NCBI GenBank assembly: GCA_025558095.1
Contig: JAIVFI010000029.1
Coordinates: forward strand, 62,001 to 126,000
Reading direction: 5' to 3'
Source of the DNA: Hyaloraphidium curvatum SAG 235-1
Taxonomy: Eukaryota; Fungi; Monoblepharomycota
Length of the DNA: 64,000 bases
A model generated the notes under the pieces. That model made no database searches. It was not told the DNA's origin and saw only the letters and a list, made by a program, of their open reading frames with translations. Position numbers and translations under genes: made by a program. How positions within the stretch are numbered: the stretch's first letter is position 1; each line of letters opens with the position of its first letter. This document shows positions 1 to 10,957 of the stretch, piece after piece.

Positions 1-17
1 TCTGCCTAGCAGCAGTG

Positions 18-1544
18 TCAAGTAGAACTCAGCCTGCACGCGAGATCCAGCGTGACGTAAACCCCCGTCGCCCGCAGGATGGTCCACAAGCCCGCCGCAA
101 CGGTGAAGCCAGCCACCACCACCCCCCGCACGGTCCCGAAGGTCACCGGCACGCCAAAGAACCCCGACTTGAACGCACTCAGATCGACGAACGACAGCAA
201 GAGATCCCGGTGTGCCTTGACGGCCGCAAGCAGCCGGGGCCGGTCCGGGGGCACCTTTGCGGCGAGGTAGGACAGCGACTGCGCCGCAGACCGATACTGC
301 GCCGCCACGCGCTCCGGTTGGAGGTTCTTGTAGGCGTTGCCGACGGCTTGGACGCCGAGCACCCACATCGTGACGACCAAGTTGCCGAGGTAAAAGGCGG
401 GGAAGCAGGAGCCGACACCGATGTTGATGACCGCTCCGAGCACTTGGAAAAAGCAAACCGTGGCGACGATGCGGCGGGTGATCAAGCCGGCTTTGTTGAA
501 ATTGCGCCAATCCGCCAGCATGCGCCCGTGCAGTCCGACGTACGGTTCGGCTTCCAAAACTGCGAGAGACGCGTCATCCGAGGGACCGCAATCCAGAGCG
601 CGGGAAAGCCGTTGGTGAAGGCCCTGGAGACTGAGCGCAACAGCCCGATGGCGCAAGCGGAGTTCGATCACGAGAATGCCGGCATACCCCGAAGAGGGGA
701 AGAAGGAAGCGGTGAAAATGAAGGGAACCCAGATGCAGATGCATAGAGCGCACATCACAGTAGACCACGGGGTGCTCCACACGGATCGCGCAAACGTAAC
801 TGCGGGCCCGTAGAACGCGGCCACCCCAAAGGCAACGTGTGTGAGCAGCCCGTGAATGACGGTGTAAACAACCATAAAGGTTCTGGCGCGCAAGAGGGCG
901 TGGCCCAGGCAGTCCGAGCGGCTGCACGGGCACAAATCGTCCGAATCGTCGTGGAAAAGGAACGACTCCGCGTCCGCGTTTCCGTGGGCCTCGAGGTCGG
1001 CCGCCGCTCGTCGCTCGTCCGTGCACAGCTGGAGGTATCGCGCGGCCAGCGCTAGCCAATTACTGTCCACGAGGGGATTCCGACGATCGGCAGGCTTGCC
1101 GGCAGCTCCGGTGTCCTTGGTGGGGCGCAGCCGCCGCCCGTAGAGGCCGAAGCCGAAGATTGCAAGGAACCAAGCCGCTTGAAGCAAAACCAACGCAACC
1201 AGGGCTGCGACCAGGTTGCTGATCCCAAAGACGTCGACCCCGAAGACCCAAGTCAGGGCGAAAAGCGCAAAAAGCGCGATGTCCCCGGTGACACGCGCCC
1301 ACGGCGACCTGTGGATTCGCCGGGCGGCACCCTCCCAGACTATAAGCGTTCCCATCGGTTTCACGTTGTCGAGCTCCTCACAGAGGGCACTCGCAGTGAG
1401 TGGGCGAGCCGCACGACCTGCCGCGGCTGCAGCGACGGCGTCCGCGGGCCAGAGCCAGGCAGGCACGTCGGGCGGCGGCCCCAAAACTGGTGCTGGAAAC
1501 AGGGCGAGCTGGAGGGCTGGCGACAGCCACAGCTGCGCGTCCAT
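18..1544 (-). CDS. Multi-pass membrane protein, gustatory-receptor-like/DUF3537-like family (paralog 1)
   Basis: Intronless 508-aa ORF with about 7 hydrophobic segments, a Cys motif (HDDSDDLCPCSRSDC) and C-terminus FFGVPVTFGTVRGVVVAGFTVAAGLWTILR. Both features are shared with the genes at 49.4 kb and 54.9 kb. Confidence 0.7.
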   Translation of the reverse strand: MDAQLWLSPALQLALFPAPVLGPPPDVPAWLWPADAVAAAAAGRAARPLTASALCEELDNVKPMGTLIVWEGAARRIHRSPWARVTGDIALFALFALTWVFGVDVFGISNLVAALVALVLLQAAWFLAIFGFGLYGRRLRPTKDTGAAGKPADRRNPLVDSNWLALAARYLQLCTDERRAAADLEAHGNADAESFLFHDDSDDLCPCSRSDCLGHALLRARTFMVVYTVIHGLLTHVAFGVAAFYGPAVTFARSVWSTPWSTVMCALCICIWVPFIFTASFFPSSGYAGILVIELRLRHRAVALSLQGLHQRLSRALDCGPSDDASLAVLEAEPYVGLHGRMLADWRNFNKAGLITRRIVATVCFFQVLGAVINIGVGSCFPAFYLGNLVVTMWVLGVQAVGNAYKNLQPERVAAQYRSAAQSLSYLAAKVPPDRPRLLAAVKAHRDLLLSFVDLSAFKSGFFGVPVTFGTVRGVVVAGFTVAAGLWTILRATGVYVTLDLACRLSST

Positions 1545-2198
1545 GGTTGTGGAGGTGCGCGGGACAGCTTCTCGACGGAAATCGTCCGTCTGCTAACCCG
1601 AGCTCGACGAGGGTTCGCTCGCTTCACTCGCGCCGGGGAGACCCGTACGGCCGGAGGGGCCGCTAAGGCAGTGGCGTCCTGTCCGGCAGAGGAATGATGG
1701 CCGTAGAAGGTTAGCCCTTCTTCAGCGGCGTAGAACCGGGCTAACCGTTTCGCCCCGCCCCCCCTCTCCGCCCACCCCCCTCACGGCGTCGTCAATCATG
1801 GCCAACAACAACGACAACCGCAATGCCCAACTGGTTGGCCTCCCGTTCGCGTGATCTTGTCCGGGGCTTGGTCTTCGGGGTCGCCGCCGCCACCGTCGGG
1901 CTGCCGAGGCACATCGGTACGTCCCGCTCCCCACTCCTGCAAAGTGCCGTCTTTGGGCCCTCGTCGGCCCGGCCCAGTCTGCCGTTGGGATGCACTGTTT
2001 CAGCGCACGCAGACGGGAGCGGCCGCAGGACCTCATGATCGCCAAAACAGGGCTGCCAATAGCTTATGAACAGTTTCAAGGAGGCCTGTACTCAGCAGCT
2101 CGGTGGACATCTAACCTCTCCCCTCTTCCCCGAATTTAATGTCTACGGCGTGATGTGTTTGGGGGCGCTCAGCGCCTGTGATAGAGATCTGATCGCCA

Positions 2199-2594
2199 AA
2201 CTCCGTCACCAACGAGCGCCTCTTCGTCGACGTCTCCATCACGCACCCAAAAAGGTCGATCCCCGAGTGCGGCACAATGCCGCTCCACGCCGCCCGGGAA
2301 GCCCGCCACCGGAAGGTGACGAAGTACCAGGATGGATGGTCGGACCCACGCGCCTTGTTCAGGCCATCATGGAGAGCTACGGAGCTTTCACCGAGGACGC
2401 CGAGCGCCTCATCATTTCTACTCTCCCGGGGCTACACAACCCTCCGCCACATCAAGAAGATCGCGTACACCAAGTACGCCGACGAGGACGATATCGATGG
2501 CCTGCGCGCACTCTTTACTTGTCGTGCCCGCGAACGCCTTTCGGTGGGATGCATGAAGGGCAACTCGGCCACCTATACAGCTTTTAGGGAGTAA
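2199..2594 (+). mobile_element. Degenerate 3' fragment of an RLE-type (CRE-like) non-LTR retrotransposon
   Basis: Translation across frameshifts gives RLFVDVSITHP...PLHAAREARHRKVTKY...FRP/IMESYGAFTEDAERLI...RERLSVGCMKGNS*, the typical restriction-like endonuclease C-terminus (DVxxxxP, AAxxxxxxKxxKY, FxPxxxExxG, RLSxxxxxGN). No RT domain is visible upstream. Confidence 0.7.
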
Positions 2595-2819
2595 GGATAA
2601 AGATTTCCGGTGGCCGCCGATGCCACCTAATGTACTGTAGACGTTCACGCCCATTAGATCCGTCAGACCTTCAAACAATGCAAGGCGTTCCGCGGCAGTC
2701 GCACTGACGATCGAATCTGCTGTACTGCACCAAGTGCGCTCTCGAGAATGTACAAAGGCATCGCTGCTCTAGCTGGGAATCCTGCGCGCCCGCCGGCCCG
2801 TCCAACCCCCGCGACCGCT

Positions 2820-5800
2820 TCACCGGTACATGGTCCTCGGCCTCGTCGACCCGGGCTCGTTGCCCATGGGCAGCACGGCCGACTTGAGCGGCACCACGAT
2901 GTCCCCGATCCGCTGCCCGCCCTCCTCGAGCTCCTGCTGCATCTTGACCCACTTCTGCACCGCGAGGGCGCCGATCGACGCCGTGCGCTCGACGGGGAGG
3001 TCCCAGTCCTTGATGAGCATCCGCCGGCGCTCGCGCTCCCAGTCGGACCACTTCTTGTGGACGACCACGTTGGTATCGAAGTGCTTGCCGTCCGACGCGT
3101 GCCCGTCCTTGCTCTGCTTCTCGCCCGCGACCATGCGGGTCTGGCCCCACGAAAAGTCGTCAAAGTGCTGCGGATGGGGCGTCAGCGGATCGTTCGAGAG
3201 GCAGTGCCATGCGGGAAACCCACCCAGAACGCGTAGGCGGGCAGCACAAAGTTCCAGATGGGCAGCGCGATGAGGTACAGCATCATCCAGTAGACGTAGA
3301 CGACGCGCTTGGCCTGGAGCAGGATGAGGAACGCCGGCAGACCCAGGATGGCGAAAAGGAGGAGCAGCGGGATGATTTCGATCTGGCCGCCCGTCAGGCC
3401 CGAGTAAATGGAGGCGCCGATGAGCACGCTGCGCGGAACGTCGGGCGGTCAGCACATGGCGAAGTCAGATCCAAATATCAACACCCACCCCGTGAAAGTG
3501 ATGGCCGCCGGCAGCACCACCGTCCCCACGAGCTCCATGAACACCACGAACTGCATCGAGAAGCAGAAGGTCCCGCAGAGCTCCCTGACGAGCACCAGCT
3601 CCATCTGCCCGAGTCGTCAGCGTCGTCGCCCATCCGCCATCCGCCACACGAGGAACCCACCAGGTTGTGCACGGTACTGTTGATCCACCTGCGCCTCTGC
3701 GACAGCAGGACCTTGAACCTGTCCGGCACCGTGGTCTTGCAGTACGCCTTGGGCACGAAGATGAGCTTGCGCTTGGGGAACGTCTTGAGCATCTGCGCCC
3801 CCAACATCCGTCAGCCCGTCGCACCGCCCTCACGCACGCAGCCGGTACCCACCAGCGTGGTCAGGAACCGGTCCTCGCCCAGCAGCAGCAGGTTTTTCTC
3901 GTGCAGCGTGTCCACCTGGCTCTGCGAGTACTCGGCCAGGATGTCGGGGTTGCACACCACGGGCACCCAGAGCCCGTCGCCCTTGGGCACCTTGATCCGC
4001 CACATGCAGAAGCAGCCGGGGAGGCAGGTCACGCCGCCGAACATGCTCTCGAAGGCCTTGGTCAGGTGGTGCGAGATGTAGTACTCGAACACTGGCGGGC
4101 AGGGCGGTCAGCTTGCCGTCGCGCGGCCGCCCCGGCGACAACGTACCCTGGATGCGGGTCACCCAGCTCTCGGCCTTGTTCCCGATCCTCGTCTCCCCGC
4201 ACAGCCCGATGATCCCGTGGTCCCTCCCCATCACGGCCACCATCCGCGACAGCGCGTCAGGAGCGACCTTGGTGTCGGCGTCCACCATGAGCACGATCTC
4301 GAACCGGTCGGGCGGCACGCCGGTGATGTACCGCATCTTGTTGAAGATGTCGAACTCGAGCGGGCTCATGCGGTCGTCGAAGGTGGCCTTCTGGAAGAAG
4401 GACATGAGGATCACCTGCGAGTCGCGCTTGCCCCTGTTGCCGGGCTTGGGGCCCTTCTGCTCCTCGGGGGTGCCGCACTTGACCACCAGGATCGTGGGCA
4501 CGCGGTGCGACCCGGCGACGTAGTGCCCGGCGTAGACCTGCGCCATGTTGTGCTTCTTGCTGCCGTCGGCGATGGCCAGGTACGACTGCGGCGGCGGCGG
4601 GTTGGGCAGGTGCGGGTCCAGCTCGAGCATGTCGATGAGGATCTGCGGCGTCGACTTTTCGTTGCCCGAGCCGGTGATGATGCCGTCCGAGACGATGAAG
4701 AGCATCTTGTACTGGTCGTCGTACGTCGTCTTGGCAAGCGAATCCAGCGTCGTGCGGCACGAGTCCTCGCCCTCGGAGTAGGTCGTCACCAGCAGCACGG
4801 TGTAGATCTCGCCGAACTCGCGGTACTCCTGCGAGAGCATGAAGGTCTCGTCGGGCTGCAGCGGCTCGTACTGCTCCTCCTTGGCCATGAGCACGATGTC
4901 GTGGTGCTTCTCGCGGATCGAGGCCGTCGAGTCCACCGAGGCGATCGACATGCGCGACATGCGCTTCTGCGCGGCCGTCTGCGGCGGCGGCGCGCCGTAG
5001 GCGTACTGCTGGCCCTCCGCTCCCGGGGGCATCGCAGCGGCGGCGTCGAGCATCTCGGACGAGATCGAGGCCATGCTGTTGCGCCGGGACTGGTTGCGCG
5101 AGGGGATCGGGGAGTTCTGCGTCGACGTGCCGAACTTGACCGCCGCCGAGCGCTGCGTCAGGTAGTCCTCCGCGGCCCTGTACTTGTCCGTCTCCTTCTT
5201 GCGGCAGCAGTTCCAGCAGCTCCGCTGCTTCTTGCGCTTCTCCATCTCCTCGAGGTGCGCCTTGTCCTGGATCTGGCCCAGGTTCCACGAGATGAGCCAG
5301 TCGAACGCGAGCGCCATGAAGAACCTGCGGCGGCGCGGAGCATCAGCGACCGGCCCGCACGCTGCGGACCCCAAAGGCGACGAACCTGACGAGCACGACG
5401 CCCAGGATGACGACGAGCGACACGTTGAGCACCACGTCGGTCGCGATGCACCCCACCGTGTCCGACTGCACGAACCCGACCGTGTACAGGTCCGACAGGC
5501 ACTCAGCAATCTCCCTCCCGTTGTCCCTGCCCGCGAACGTGATGGTCGCATCGCTCCCGAGGTTGGCCAGGATCACCGAGTGGGCCCAGTCCCCGAGGAA
5601 CTTCTGCCCCTTGGCCAGGTACGTGCGCATGTTGAGCACGCGGCCGTTGTACACCATGAGCGGGCGCACGACGTTGGCCCACTCGTACGAGATCCACCCC
5701 GTGCGGAGGGTCGCAAGGACGCGCTGGGACTCCTCGAACTTGTGGCAGTAGCGCGCCGAGGGCGGGAGGAAGAACTCGGATGCGGTGCAGGTGACGGTGA

Positions 5801-6994
5801 TGGGCAGCACGGCGACGGAGGAGCAGGTCGAGTTGGCCTTGGGGAAGAGGTTGGAGATGTCCTGGCCCGTGGCGTTGCCGATGGCCCAGACGGTCGAGTT
5901 GCCGAGGGCGGCGAAGCCGGGCATGGCCACGTGGGTGTCGATGAAGGGGCCGTAGTTGTAGACGTTGCCGTGGATGATGTAGCGGTGGTCGCCGTCGGTG
6001 GCGACGTTGAACTTGGAGTCGTAGGCGCCGCCCTTGTCGGCGCGGTTGCAGGCGACCTTGACGAAGCCGAAGGTGAGGAAGCCGAGGGCGCAGCACAGGA
6101 TGAGGATGATGGAGACCAGGCCGATCTTTTCCCGCCACGCGTTCTGCATCCGCGGGTCGTGCATCTTGCCGATCTTGGAGAGGCACACGGCGGGGCAGCA
6201 GATGGTGATGGAGCGGTAGTAGCACGTCCACGGCTTGCACTCGCAGCGGCAGCGCTTCTTGCCGTCGTACGACGGCGACTCCGCGTGCTCGCCGGCGGCG
6301 CCGCGGAGCAGGTAGCGCGGGTGCGGGCGGCGGTCGACGCGCGAGTGGCGGCGGCGCAGGGCGGCGCCGGAGCCCGAGTTCTGCGACGAGCCCGAGACGG
6401 GGGTCTTTTCGGTGCCGCCGCTCGAGGGCGTGCCGTCGATCTGCAGCGCGGGCAGCGACTGGCCGGGCAGCAGGTCTGTGGTGTTGTAGGTGGCGGGCGA
6501 GGTGACCGACATGAGGGCCTGCTCGATGTTGGCCGAGGTGATTTTCTGCATCGGGTTGGGCGTGACGGCCGACCGGAGGGCTAACATGTGCAGGGTAAGT
6601 ATAAATCTGCAGCAGTCCCTGCGAAGAACGCACCGGCAGCGCCGTCCTTTGTCATTGTTGCGGCGCCGCGGCCGGCGTCAACAATGCCCATGGCCTGCGC
6701 GGCTGCGGCCACCCGCGCCTCGGCCTCCTCCTGCGACAGCAGCGAGTCCGAGCGCGGCAGCGGCGTGCCCTGGTCGTCGAGCGACACGGCGGCCATGGAG
6801 TGGCTCAGCGAGGCCTGGCGCGGCGGCGGGGCGAAGCCGACGGGCTGGCGCGCGTCGGCCATCTGCGGGCGGCGGGCGCGGAGCGTCTGCTCGTCGGCGG
6901 GTTCGCCGTCGACGGCCGAGGTTTGCCGCGACAGATTCGGGTGCGGGTTGACGGTGTTGGCGTTGTACGCCGCGGGCGCGGCGGGGTCCGCCAT
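2820..6994 (-). CDS. Chitin synthase (division 2, class IV/Chs3-like, cytochrome-b5-like region), multi-exon
   Basis: Exon translations carry [36 protein letters not shown] and [12 protein letters not shown]. Approximate introns: 6581-6633, 5325-5385, 4093-4146, 3803-3852, 3606-3660, 3444-3489, 3175-3224. Confidence 0.93.
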
Positions 6995-7514
6995 GGTCCC
7001 CGCGGAGTGCGGCGGTGTTTGGGGCGCGCGTCCCGGGCGGGTCGGCGGCGGCCTGCTCGGGCCTGCTGCCGCCGGAGGGGCGCCGCGCTGCTGCGGGGGC
7101 GTGCGGGGCGGGATCCGCTTCGGGCGCGTTGTTTGCGGCTCGAGCGCCGGAGCGGTTGGGCGGACGCCGCGCGGACAACACTCGCCCAGCCCCACTCGCA
7201 CGGGATACAAACGAACAAACACACGCCACAACCCCCGACCGGCTGTGCCCGGTCCGCCGCGTGCTCCGAAACTCAGCCGGAGAATTATTGGGCCGGATGC
7301 GCCGTCTCGAGCGGGGATGTTTGGCTTGCTCGGCTCCGACGCCCCGCAGAAGTTGACAGCCCGCTGCGGACCGCCTGGCCATTCATTCACCGGCAGCAGG
7401 GTGGAGAGGACACTTGTACTCGATTGCATACACACGCAACGACAACTTCCAAGCTTGCTTGGCCTCCGTCCCCCCAGTCTTTCGCCCCCAGCTCGTCCCG
7501 CCCCCCGCTCCTCT

Positions 7515-8660
7515 TCACAGCTTGGCCAGCCCGCTGCTCCCCATCCCAGCACCGGGCACCGGGTCCCCCCACTGCGTGTCGAACAGCGCCTGCAGCGGCG
7601 CCTCGCGGGAGCCCCAGCCGCGGTTGAGCAGGTCGCCGTCGGTGAAGTGCTCGACCGTGAAGCCGTGGGGCGAGTTCCAGTAGTCGAACACCTTGACACA
7701 CGACATGGTCAGCGGGGACCATCTCCCGAGGGCGCAAAACGACGTACCTGCGAGCCGAGGACGTGCCTCCCCACGCCCCAGGTGTGCTCGGCCTTCCTGG
7801 CGAGCAGGTGCGCGCTGCCGGCCATCAAGTCGTCCAGGTCCACCACCTCGAACGCGGCGTGGTTGAAGTGCGGCTTCTTGCCCGGCGGCGTGTTGACGAG
7901 GAAGAACGTGTGGTGCTGCGCCGAACGGGCACCCGTCAGCACCGCCGTCGCGCACCTCGTCCGGCGAACCCACGTCCGTCGGCTCGTCCCCCCTATCGCA
8001 CCGCATGAACGCCCCCACCACCCCCTTCCCCCCCGGCCCCTGCACCTCGTCGCTCGTGATCAGCCCGAAGTGGTCCTTGTACCACCTCTCGCTCCCCCCG
8101 AACGACGCCACGTCAAGCACCACGTGCCCCAGCCTCACGACCCTCGAGCGGCCCGCGGGCACGCGCTTGGTCGCGTTCGTGCGGCGGTACCCGGCGCCGG
8201 CGGCCTCGTTCAGCGGCTCGCGGGTGGGCACGGGTGCCGCGCCCCACGGCCCCCCCGCGAGGAGCTCCACGAGGTTCCCGTCCGGATCTGCACCCCCGTG
8301 CCGGTCAGCACGCCTCCCCTCCCCGGCAACGGCAGCAGACCCACCCCTAATCCTCACAACCTCCGCCCCCGCCCACGCCCCGCCCATCCCCTCCACCTTC
8401 CCCCCGACCCTGCCCGCGAACACCTTCAGCTCCTCCCCGCTCCCGACCCGCAGCCCGACCCCCCCGAACCCCAGCGGCCCCTGCTCCAGCACCACGACGA
8501 CGGGCTCGTTGCCCAGCCCCCGGAAGTGCCCCGGGTGCCCGTTGATTTCGTCCAGCCCGAAGTCGCGGAAGAAGGCCGACTCCAGGGCCAGGTCGGGCAC
8601 GCGGAAGCGGACGAAGGCGACGTCGCGGATGCGGACGTGCGGGGCGGGGGCGGTGTACAT
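7515..8660 (-). CDS. VOC/glyoxalase-family extradiol dioxygenase-like protein, multi-exon
   Basis: RLGHVVL, HHTFFL, HAAFEV and HTWGVGRHVLGSQ|VFDYWNSPHGFTVEHFTDGD across exons. Ends ...LAKL*. Confidence 0.85.
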   Translation of the reverse strand: MYTAPAPHVRIRDVAFVRFRVPDLALESAFFRDFGLDEINGHPGHFRGLGNEPVVVVLEQGPLGFGGVGLRVGSGEELKVFAGRVGGKVEGMGGAWAGAEVVRIRGGSAAVAGEGRRADRHGGADPDGNLVELLAGGPWGAAPVPTREPLNEAAGAGYRRTNATKRVPAGRSRVVRLGHVVLDVASFGGSERWYKDHFGLITSDEVQGPGGKGVVGAFMRCDRGDEPTDVGSPDEVRDGGADGCPFGAAPHVLPRQHAAGQEAALQPRRVRGGGPGRLDGRQRAPARQEGRAHLGRGEARPRLAGTSFCALGRWSPLTMSCVKVFDYWNSPHGFTVEHFTDGDLLNRGWGSREAPLQALFDTQWGDPVPGAGMGSSGLAKL

Positions 8661-9008
8661 CGCGGCGGCGTTGGAGGCGATGTGGAGGGTGGAGGAGGGG
8701 GAGACAGGGCGGGGTTATGTGAGCGGCGGGTGGGGGCGAGGCGTGCGGGGGCGGTGCATTCTCGCGATCGGAACGGGCGGGGCAAATGCGGGAGGACCGG
8801 GTAGTCCCGGCCACAAGGTGGGGCGGAGGATGGAGAGGATGGAGCAGAGATTGCTGGAAGTGGAAAGATGGATTGGATCGGAGGTCCTATACGGCCCCGC
8901 GCGAAGGGAAAGAACCGTCTATGCCGTTGGAGGCGCTACACATCCCCGGTCCCGTCCGCCTTCCTCGCAGTCCCGCGTCCAATCGGTCCGCCCGAAGCTC
9001 GTGGCAAG

Positions 9009-10451
9009 CTGTGGGACAACCGGCATCGGGAGATCCGAGTGAGATCAGCGATCCGCTCGGTCCGGACGTCGTCCCACCTTTGCCCGTCCTGCAGCGCCGG
9101 CGCCATGTTCGTGAATTGAAAAAGGCCGGAGAGGTCGGATCTGTGAGGATACAACGGATTTACGCGGGGTTGCCATTTGTAACCCCATAGCGTCCAGCAT
9201 CCCCACCTTTCGATCACCGACCTGGGTCCGTCCGAAATCAATCCCACTGCATCTGTGAGCCAACCAAGGCGACGATATGACGCTCTTCCGGCGCATCTCG
9301 ACGTCCGCTGCCCCACCTGCAAGAAGATGTCCACGCTCAAGGGGGGAATCCGGCGCCGTCCGAGGGTCCGTGCATGCGGCCGTCCGTCGGAAAGGAATCT
9401 GTGGGAACAGTGGATAGATCGATGCTTGGATTTCTCCCCGCGTCGATCACAGCCGCGATCCCACCTGCACGGGAATGCGCGACGAAAGCGAGGCGTCGAT
9501 GTCCCCAACGTCCAGCCAGAGCCGGCCGGTCCGGATCGTCCGAAGCAATCCTGCAGGCTGTAGGGTTCGACGAGGCAGCCAGGTGAGCGTCTGTCCCGCT
9601 CCTCGCACCTGCCGTCGCCCCCACCTTATGGCGCGCTCGCGGCGACGCCGCCACCTCGTGGGCGTCCGAAGTGGTCGATCGACTCTTCGTGCTGGCGTGC
9701 ATCTGTGAGGATCGAAGAGCGCACTCGGGCCGGATGCCAAGAGATTGGCTCCAACTGTCCGCGATCCCCACCTTCCGAACAAGCCGGGGAAACCGTCCAA
9801 TGACGGATCGGCACCTGTGGGACGACCGACCGAGCTCATGGACGCTTTCCAAACGCATCCTTGCGGTCGGCTGCCCCACCTGCAGGCTCCATCCGCCGTA
9901 CGAGCGCAGCAGCTCCATCCGCCGCACGAGCACAATCAAACGCGCCGCCGAAGTATTCTCGGGGCCGACGATGCGGAGGGGAGTCTGTGGCAGCCCACGG
10001 TCCGAGGAATGGTTGGCTCTCTTGCGGGACCAATCCCCGTCCGGGGCGGTCCACCTGGCTCTGTGCACGAACGAGCCGACGTCGAAACCAATGAAAGACG
10101 CGAGAACATATTTGGAAAGCCTGTAGGGCACAACAAGCATGGAGGATGATTCTCGGATTCATCTCCTGACAGGTCGCTCTCCCACCGTGCCGCGAAGTAT
10201 CGGTTCGTCCAAAAAGCGCAGCTGGTACGCTCGTCTAGTCTTGTAGTAACGAGAACGGAATACGCGGTGAGACGAATGCGCGGCTGCCGCAGATCCGGTC
10301 GTTCCCACCGCTCGAGGACAAGCCACCCTCGGAAGCCCGATCTTCACGAGTCCCCGCGCAGGTAGTCCCTCTTGGACGCAGCCTGTGGAGATTCCCATGC
10401 AGACGTCGAAGTGAGCACCTGTGTGCGCCCTTCGATGGTCCGTCTCCCCAC
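9009..10451 (-). ncRNA. Array A: 11 hairpin-forming short GT-AG units (mirtron-like candidate)
   Basis: Minus-strand units at 10383-10451, 10240-10308, 10121-10185, 9985-10054, 9815-9879, 9703-9771, 9558-9624, 9399-9464, 9253-9316, 9141-9206 and 9009-9077. All are 64-70 nt, begin GTGG and end ACAG (one ACAAG), with complementary termini and inner stems. Confidence 0.6.
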
Positions 10452-10747
10452 CTTCTCCGCTGTCTCCTCCGCCCTCTCCCACGCCTCCTCCTTCCCCTCC
10501 AGGTCCTCCCCTCCCTGGGCCGCCGTCCACGACGCGCTCGACGGGTTCAGGGCGCTCCCGGGTCCGAGGGTGGCGTTTTGGACGGGCAGCAACTTGCAGA
10601 GGCCGGGAAGTGCGAGAAGCCTAGCGGGCGGCGTCGGCGGCGGGCGGGCCGGCGTCCGAGGGGGGCAGCCCGTGAGAGGAAGGGAAGGCAATGGAATGCC
10701 GAGGAAAGTTGATGGCTTGCAGGGAACGAGCAAGGAGGCGCGGACAT
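10344..10747 (-). pseudogene. Leader small-protein gene of array A (frameshifted copy)
   Basis: Reconstructed as MSRLLARSLQAINFPR...PLGFSHFPASASCCPSKTPPSDPG...PSSASWTAAQGGEDLEGKEEAWERAEETAEK|AASKRDYLRGDS*, which requires about three 1-nt indels. Homologous to 16974-17389. Confidence 0.55.
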
Positions 10748-10957
10748 CGCGGGAAGTGAATGACGTGGCGGACGCGCCGACTCCCTTTGCGTGCGATTCT
10801 TCGGTCCCCTCGTCAACCGGCCCCACAATTCATCGCCAGACGGTGCTAGAAGAGCTCAACTGGACGTCGAGCCCAACAGGAGGTACGACCTTCAATTGCT
10901 CTACCAATAGCACTGAACAAAGTGAAGTCAAAGGCAAATTCCCACCGCAACGATGCG

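Noticed and set aside
6588-8804. 738-aa plus-strand ORF and many other long overlapping ORFs (e.g. 14187-16013, 44732-46372, 12596-14224)
   Set aside because: These are Arg/Pro/Ala/Gly-rich shadow frames of real genes, expected at this GC content.
9337-10140. 267-aa ORF through array A
   Set aside because: It has no recognisable motifs and the frame is not conserved in array B.
9009-10451. Introner/MITE insertions (short TIRs with AG duplication)
   Set aside because: Units within an array are not copies of one element, they are evenly spaced, and they are positionally conserved between paralogs. An ancient introner origin remains possible.
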